From Octopus vulgaris (lineage: Eukaryota), in NCBI GenBank assembly GCA_951406725.2, contig OX597824.1:806001-870000 (forward strand): DNA of 64,000 nt, written 5' to 3'. The translations under genes were made by a program, and so were the position numbers. Shown here one piece after another: positions 58,042 through 64,000 of this stretch (positions within the stretch are counted from its first letter, which is position 1; each line of letters begins with the position of its first letter). The notes beneath the pieces were generated by a model. That model did not search any database, had not been told where the DNA came from, and worked only from the letters and a program-made list of their open reading frames with translations.

Positions 58042-58621
58042 GAGTGTGCGTGGGTAAATAAGTATGTACACATACTAAATGATAAGATGAAGTTATTAAT
58101 TGAATCTAAGAGTAAGAATAACGAAAGAACCTTTACCGATTGATCGACTTTATAGTTAGAGATGATGTGAAATTTATTGTCAAGACAGAGAGACGAAGCT
58201 GACAAGATGGAGAAGCCGATAGGCAAACTTTAATGTCCCGGGCATCGTGATTTTTTGATAATTAATGTCTTATGCACAAAGAATGAACACGCACGCGCAC
58301 CCCCGCACATACGTACACATAGAGACAAACACACTGATACGCACACACGCAGATACAGACAGACACACATACACACATGCACGCACACAAACACACACAC
58401 ATTTATATACTATAAATGATGTTCCTCAAAACGGCCACACTGGAAAATTATACTAATGTGAAATCAGTTCAGTGTATTAATTATAATCTAAATTAATCTT
58501 CATACGAGATGCCCTCTGAACATTTTCAACTTCATTTAATTTTCCTACTTTTATACTTCCTCTTCGATGAAGTAGTATCGATTATTCTTTTCCTGTCTCC
58601 AACTCTCTCTCTCTCTCTCTC

Positions 58622-58675
<54 letters not shown>

Positions 58676-58857
58676 AAAAAGGGACAGGCAACAGGTTGCT
58701 TGACTGCATACCGAAAAAATAGAAATAGCAGTCAACAATATATATACTGAACTTTACAGAAGTTCCTGCCGGTAATCGGCTATATTTACATACCGAATTC
58801 TACCAGTAAATAATTGTGGTTTTTTTAAAAACCTTTATAGAAATTATTAACTCTTAT

Positions 58858-58954
<97 letters not shown>

Positions 58955-58979
58955 TGTGTGTGTGTGTATATATATATAT

Positions 58980-59265
58980 ATGGTGGTTGCCTTCTCCTTA
59001 TTCAGAGGTCTGACCACCTCCTGTACCTAAACCTTAGCACCATCATGGCGTCTGATGTGGCTTTTTGACCCAGACAATGTTCTGAAAAGACACCCACAAA
59101 GACTGCACCTCTGATTTGGACCACCAAGACCTGCAGATAAGTTCTACTCTTTGTGAATCTTAACATGTCTTCTGAGGCCTCCGTTGGATTTGCAAACCTT
59201 CTGGCATACACTGCACTCAAAAGTGTGCACAGACATATAAGCAGAATAGTTGGGGAAGGTTGGTT
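58980..59265 (-). mobile_element. LINE (probably RTE-like) 3' end encoding two C2H2 zinc fingers, with (TA)n tail
   Basis: A reverse frame not in the ORF track reads FECSVCQKVCKSNGGLRRHVKIHKE*...QRCSLCGCLFRTLSGSKSHIRRH. A short 3' UTR ending ACCACCA runs into (TA)n. Confidence 0.7.
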
Positions 59266-59387
59266 GGTGTGTGTGTTTGTATTTGTCTCTCCTACCGCTG
59301 CTTGTTGACAATAGGCATCGGTATGTTTACGTCTACATAACTCACCTGTACGGCAAAAGAAACCGACAGAATGAGAACCAGGCTTAG

Positions 59388-59428
<41 letters not shown>

Positions 59429-59810
59429 CATACATACATACATACATATATGTATATATGCGCATCTCTCTGCTCTCGAATCACTTTTGCAACTTTCTAC
59501 CTATCAAAAAAGAGATAAATATATATAATAATGTATATAAACACCGCTAGTAAAACAATTGCTCCATAACACGTGCGTTTGAGAAAATGTAAACGGCGAA
59601 AGTGCTTCCACACAATACAAAAACTTCCTTCCAAAATGTTTGCCATTCTGTTTTTGTCTTCGAGAATTTTAGAAATATAATCAATAATTTTTAATTTAAG
59701 AAAATCTTTCTTAAAAACGGCAACGTTACAACATTACTCTCTCTTCTTCTCCCTCTTTCTCTCTGTCAATCTGTCTCTCTTTCGATCTCTCTATTCATAC
59801 GTATATGATG

Positions 59811-59847
<37 letters not shown>

Positions 59848-60142
59848 ATTGTGTGAGGCATTCATAGTAATCGCAGACAAGGGATATCTTAATATTGGAT
59901 CCAAATTTTGGCCCAAGGCAGGCAATTTCAAGAGCAGATATAAGTCGATCACATCAACCCCAGCGATTATTTTATCGATTGCGAATGTATGACCTCAGCA
60001 GAATTTGAACCCAGAGCGCAGGGACGAGCGAAATGCCCCTAAGCATTTTGTTTGGCGTGCTAATGATATTGCCGCTTTATTAAATTTCCATTTTGCCACA
60101 AGGCCAGCATTTTCAGGGGAAGGGAGAAAGGTCGATTACACA

Positions 60143-61170
60143 AGAATGGTGGCAGAGGACTAATTAGTATAGACCATTGTATAAGGAGTGAAAGAAGAAC
60201 GCTTGCCGAGTATTTGATAAACAGTGACGAAGACCTGCTGCAATATGCCGCGAAAGATACGGGTGTAAATGCAGATGAAGTGATGGGCAAGGAAGAGTTT
60301 AAGCAAAGAGCTGAGGAGAAGAGAAAAGAAGACCTTCTTGAAATGAGAATGCAAGGACAGTTTGAAAGGAATACACAGGACGTTAAGGATAATACATCAT
60401 CGTGGGCATGGCTTGAGTGAGGTGATTCGAAGCGTACCAGAGAAAGCTCGATCATTGCTGCACAACACCAGGCTCTCGCTACCAATTCAATGAAGTATTA
60501 CATCTATAAAACTCTGTGGAAAGAGTGTGTAAAATGTGACCCACTTGGTAAGTGGATGTGAGAGCCTTGCACAAAAAGAATACTAGCGCCGCCACGATAA
60601 AATGTGTGTGTATCTTCATTGGCTCTTATGCCGTAAAAACCGATATGAAGTAACAGAGAACTGGTATGAGCAAGTACCAACTAAACTTATATGCAGGACG
60701 ATGAAAAAGTAACGATACTCTGGGACTATGATTTTTAGAAGGATCGTGTAATCGAACACCATCGGCCAGATATTGTCATATTGAGTAAGAGAGACAAATA
60801 TTGTCAGATCATTAATGTGACCTTACCAAATGACATGAATGCTGTGAGTAAAGAGGTTGAAAAAATCACCAAGTACTCTGAATTGAAAATGGAAATGGCA
60901 AGACTGTATGGAATGCGAGAGAGTAATGTAAAAGTGATATCAGTGGTGATCGGAGCGTTGGGCTCAATCCCATTGAAACTTCAAGACTTCTTAAGGCAAC
61001 TGGCAATCCCATGCAAGATTGATGTCTTGCAAAAAGCAGCCTTATTGGGCACAACGCACATCTTAAGGAAAGCATTACCTGTCTGAGGTCCTTGTTGTGA
61101 CTTGATAGATGACTAATGACTCTGGTGCATTTTCACCTACACTGTGTTTCGAATGAATGATAATAATAAC
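60143..61170 (+). mobile_element. R4/Dong-like non-LTR retrotransposon, 3' 1 kb with 3' UTR and TAA tail
   Basis: GGRGLISI, MQGQF, IIAAQHQAL.TN, RRHDK.C.YLHW.LC, RPDIVI, KITKYSEL, VVIGALGSIP and LQKAALLGT, stop at 61086. Ends ATGATAATAATAA. Confidence 0.9.
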
Positions 61171-61385
61171 GGCTTCAAATTGTAACACAAGGTCAACCAT
61201 TTTGGGGGAAGGGATAAGTCGATTATATAATACTCCAGTGTTTCACTGGTACTTAATTTATCGACTCTGAAAGGATGAATGGCAAAGTCGATCTCGGCGG
61301 AATTTGAACTCAGAACGTAGCGACAGGCGATATATCGCCAAGCATTTCGTCCAGCGTGTTAACGATTCTGCCAGCTCGCCAGCTT
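61170..61385 (-). mobile_element. 43048-type SINE
   Basis: Family match. Other decayed copies lie at about 50660-50825, 54240-54440 and 59900-60140. Confidence 0.82.
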
Positions 61386-61740
61386 ATATAATAATAATGA
61401 TAACAACAACAACAACAACAACAATAATAAATAACTGACAATTGAAAACTAACTAATAATAAAGGTTGCTAATGGTGTTTGTAGCGATGGCGATGAAAGG
61501 TGGAAGATATATAAATGACAATAAGTTAGAAATATAAAGATAAATGAGTTGAGATAGAAGGGTGAGTGGAGACAGTGTTTGGAGGGTGAAGGCGTTAGAA
61601 GCGAAGTAATTATGAGAAGCAGAAGGCGATGATAAGAAGACTTAAAAGATTAGACTGATGAATGGCACCCGACGGCCATGTTTTCAAATAAAAGCCAAGG
61701 AGTTCACAGTCTGCCATCAATGCGTATGCAAGTTTGCGTT

Positions 61741-61793
<53 letters not shown>

Positions 61794-61934
61794 CCGATTA
61801 ACGGTAAGAAGTTCTGTAAAGTTCAGTATATATACAGACGTTCCTACCGTTAATCGGCTATATTTACATACCGAATTCTACCAGTAAATAATTGTGGTCT
61901 TTTTTTAAAAACCATTATAGAAATTATTTACTCT

Positions 61935-61994
<60 letters not shown>

Positions 61995-62169
61995 TTCGCA
62001 GTACGAGTGCACCATTGTACGAGTAATTTGCTGTACCAGAAGAGTCAAATATAGGCTTACCTGAAAAGAACCAACGCGGTTATTAATTAAAAAAAAAGGG
62101 TTGAAATCAATGCGTGCAAAATTTCACAGTTCTAGCATCGCTCCTTCATAATCAGACTACGAACTTTTC

Positions 62170-62610
62170 AGCCCAGTCGTCATTGTGAGGTAAGAAGTTT
62201 ACTTTCCAAACACTTGGTCTCGGGTTCAGTCCCACTGCGTGACACCTTGGACATGTGTTTTCTACTATAGCCTCGAGCCAACCAAAGTCTTGTGAGTGGA
62301 CTTAGTAGGCGGAAAATGGAAAATGCCCGTCATATATGTGTGTGCGTGTGTTTGTCTGTGTCTGTGTCTATGTGTGTGTGTGTGTATCTGTATACATGTA
62401 TGTGTATGTGTGTTTCTGTCAGTATTTGTCCCGCACCACTGCTTGACAACCGGGGTTTGTGTCTTTACGTTCGGCAAAAGGCACCGATCGAATAAGTACT
62501 ATGCTTTAAAAAATTAGTCCTGATGTCGATTCCTTCGACTAAAACCCTTCAATGAGGTGCCCCAGCATAACCGCAGTCTGGTGACTGAAACAAGCAAACG
62601 GTAAAAAGGC
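62170..62610 (+). mobile_element. Same SINE family as 4068-4525
   Basis: Colinear head, internal microsatellite and GGTGCCCCAGCATAACCGCAGTC tail. Fragments also occur at about 3830-3985, 20835-20975 and 59268-59390. Confidence 0.82.
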
Positions 62611-62677
<67 letters not shown>

Positions 62678-62685
<8 letters not shown>

Positions 62686-62870
62686 CCACGCAGTACGAGT
62701 TTAATTCGTTTCATGACCGAGCTCCTTTTACGATCTATTCGTTTTACGATCTACTCGTTTTACGATCTACTCGTTTTACGATCTACTCGTTTTACGATCT
62801 ACTCGTTTTACAAACCAGTTTTCTCCATTTAAATTAACTAAAACATAATTAATCCGTTCCAGCCCCACAA
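62678..62870. mobile_element. Pogo/Tigger-like transposon terminus containing a 16-bp tandem repeat
   Basis: TA-TAGTGATACCACGCAGTACGAGTTTAATTCG resembles CAGT.ATACCTCG termini. TTTTACGATCTACTCG x5 at about 62725-62810. A similar end occurs near 61991. Confidence 0.5.
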
Positions 62871-63431
62871 AACCACTCGAGAATTGTTTTTGTGGGTTTT
62901 AAAACAGAAAAGGTGTAGTTACAAGTAAAATGACAATTATAAAAAAGTCGCTTGTGCGTGTGGTACGCACATTTTATATAACTTTATTTGGTGGAAATCC
63001 AAAGATTGATGGAACGGCAGAGGGTCTCATGAAACGGAGAAGTGACATGCGCAACAATGTCAACTCTTCAGTCATTTTTGTAACTTCATACCGATTAAAT
63101 AGAATAAAATACGTTTATATAAACTCCAGTACTGAGAATCCCGTTCCACCTATTTATTCTAGCAAACACGCAAAGACATACACGAATATATGTTTAAATT
63201 ACTCAGTTTCCAGGCTTTGCCCTCCGAACCTAGGCTCTGAGTATTCTATTAAACATCTGATATAACAGGGATATCTAACCACTCAAACCAGCCCACTGAA
63301 TCCGATATCAGACAATGTTTATTCCATGTAAATAAATGTATTTTAATATACATAACTATTCTTACATTACTGTATATACATATACATATGTGTGTGTGTG
63401 TGAGAGAGTATTTGTATGTATGAACATATAT

Positions 63432-63484
<53 letters not shown>

Positions 63485-63689
63485 CAACAATAATAATATA
63501 TATATAAATATACATACATACACATGTGTACACACATACATTCTAGCATATGTACGCTCATCTATCCACAAACGCTGTTAGACTTCGGCACATTTACACG
63601 ACCACACACATATTTATGTAGCTTCACATTGGTACACACACCAATATTTTGTGTACATGTAGATGTATGTATGTATGTATGTATGTATG

Positions 63690-63720
<31 letters not shown>

Positions 63721-63793
63721 GTATGTATGCATGTATGCATGCATGCATGTATGTATGCGTGCATGTATGTATGTATGTATGTATGTATGTATG

Positions 63794-63845
<52 letters not shown>

Positions 63846-63922
63846 GAATACATATGTAGGTATGTTTATCAAGGTGTGTTGATATCTGTGCATATTATAC
63901 AAAAACACAGAGCCACATCTCA

Positions 63923-64000
<78 letters not shown>

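Noticed and set aside
62725-62810. CRISPR-like array (also considered 47600-47865)
   Set aside because: Contiguous tandem units with no unique spacers, no cas genes, and eukaryotic context.

Overview
AT-rich, microsatellite-saturated eukaryotic non-coding DNA (intergenic or a large intron). The repeat complement suggests a cephalopod, probably Octopus; this is inference. I found no host protein-coding gene, and nearly all ORFs in the track are translations of simple repeats. The window is a mosaic of decayed mobile elements. These are a mariner nested inside another mariner (18077-20666), a truncated Tc1, CR1/L2-like, RTE and R4/Dong-like LINE fragments, Penelope-like element (PLE) fragments, and dozens of tRNA-derived SINEs. 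The most notable signal is about a dozen minimal type-I hammerhead-ribozyme motifs from several short PLE-derived families. They mostly sit in (TA)n tracts and often in palindromes. They include core variants (CUGU[U/G]GA in three copies; UUGAAAA with U3-A8 covariation) and one family in which a tRNA-like Pol III head precedes the hammerhead. All calls are by-eye motif reading and boundaries are approximate unless TIRs or TSDs are cited.
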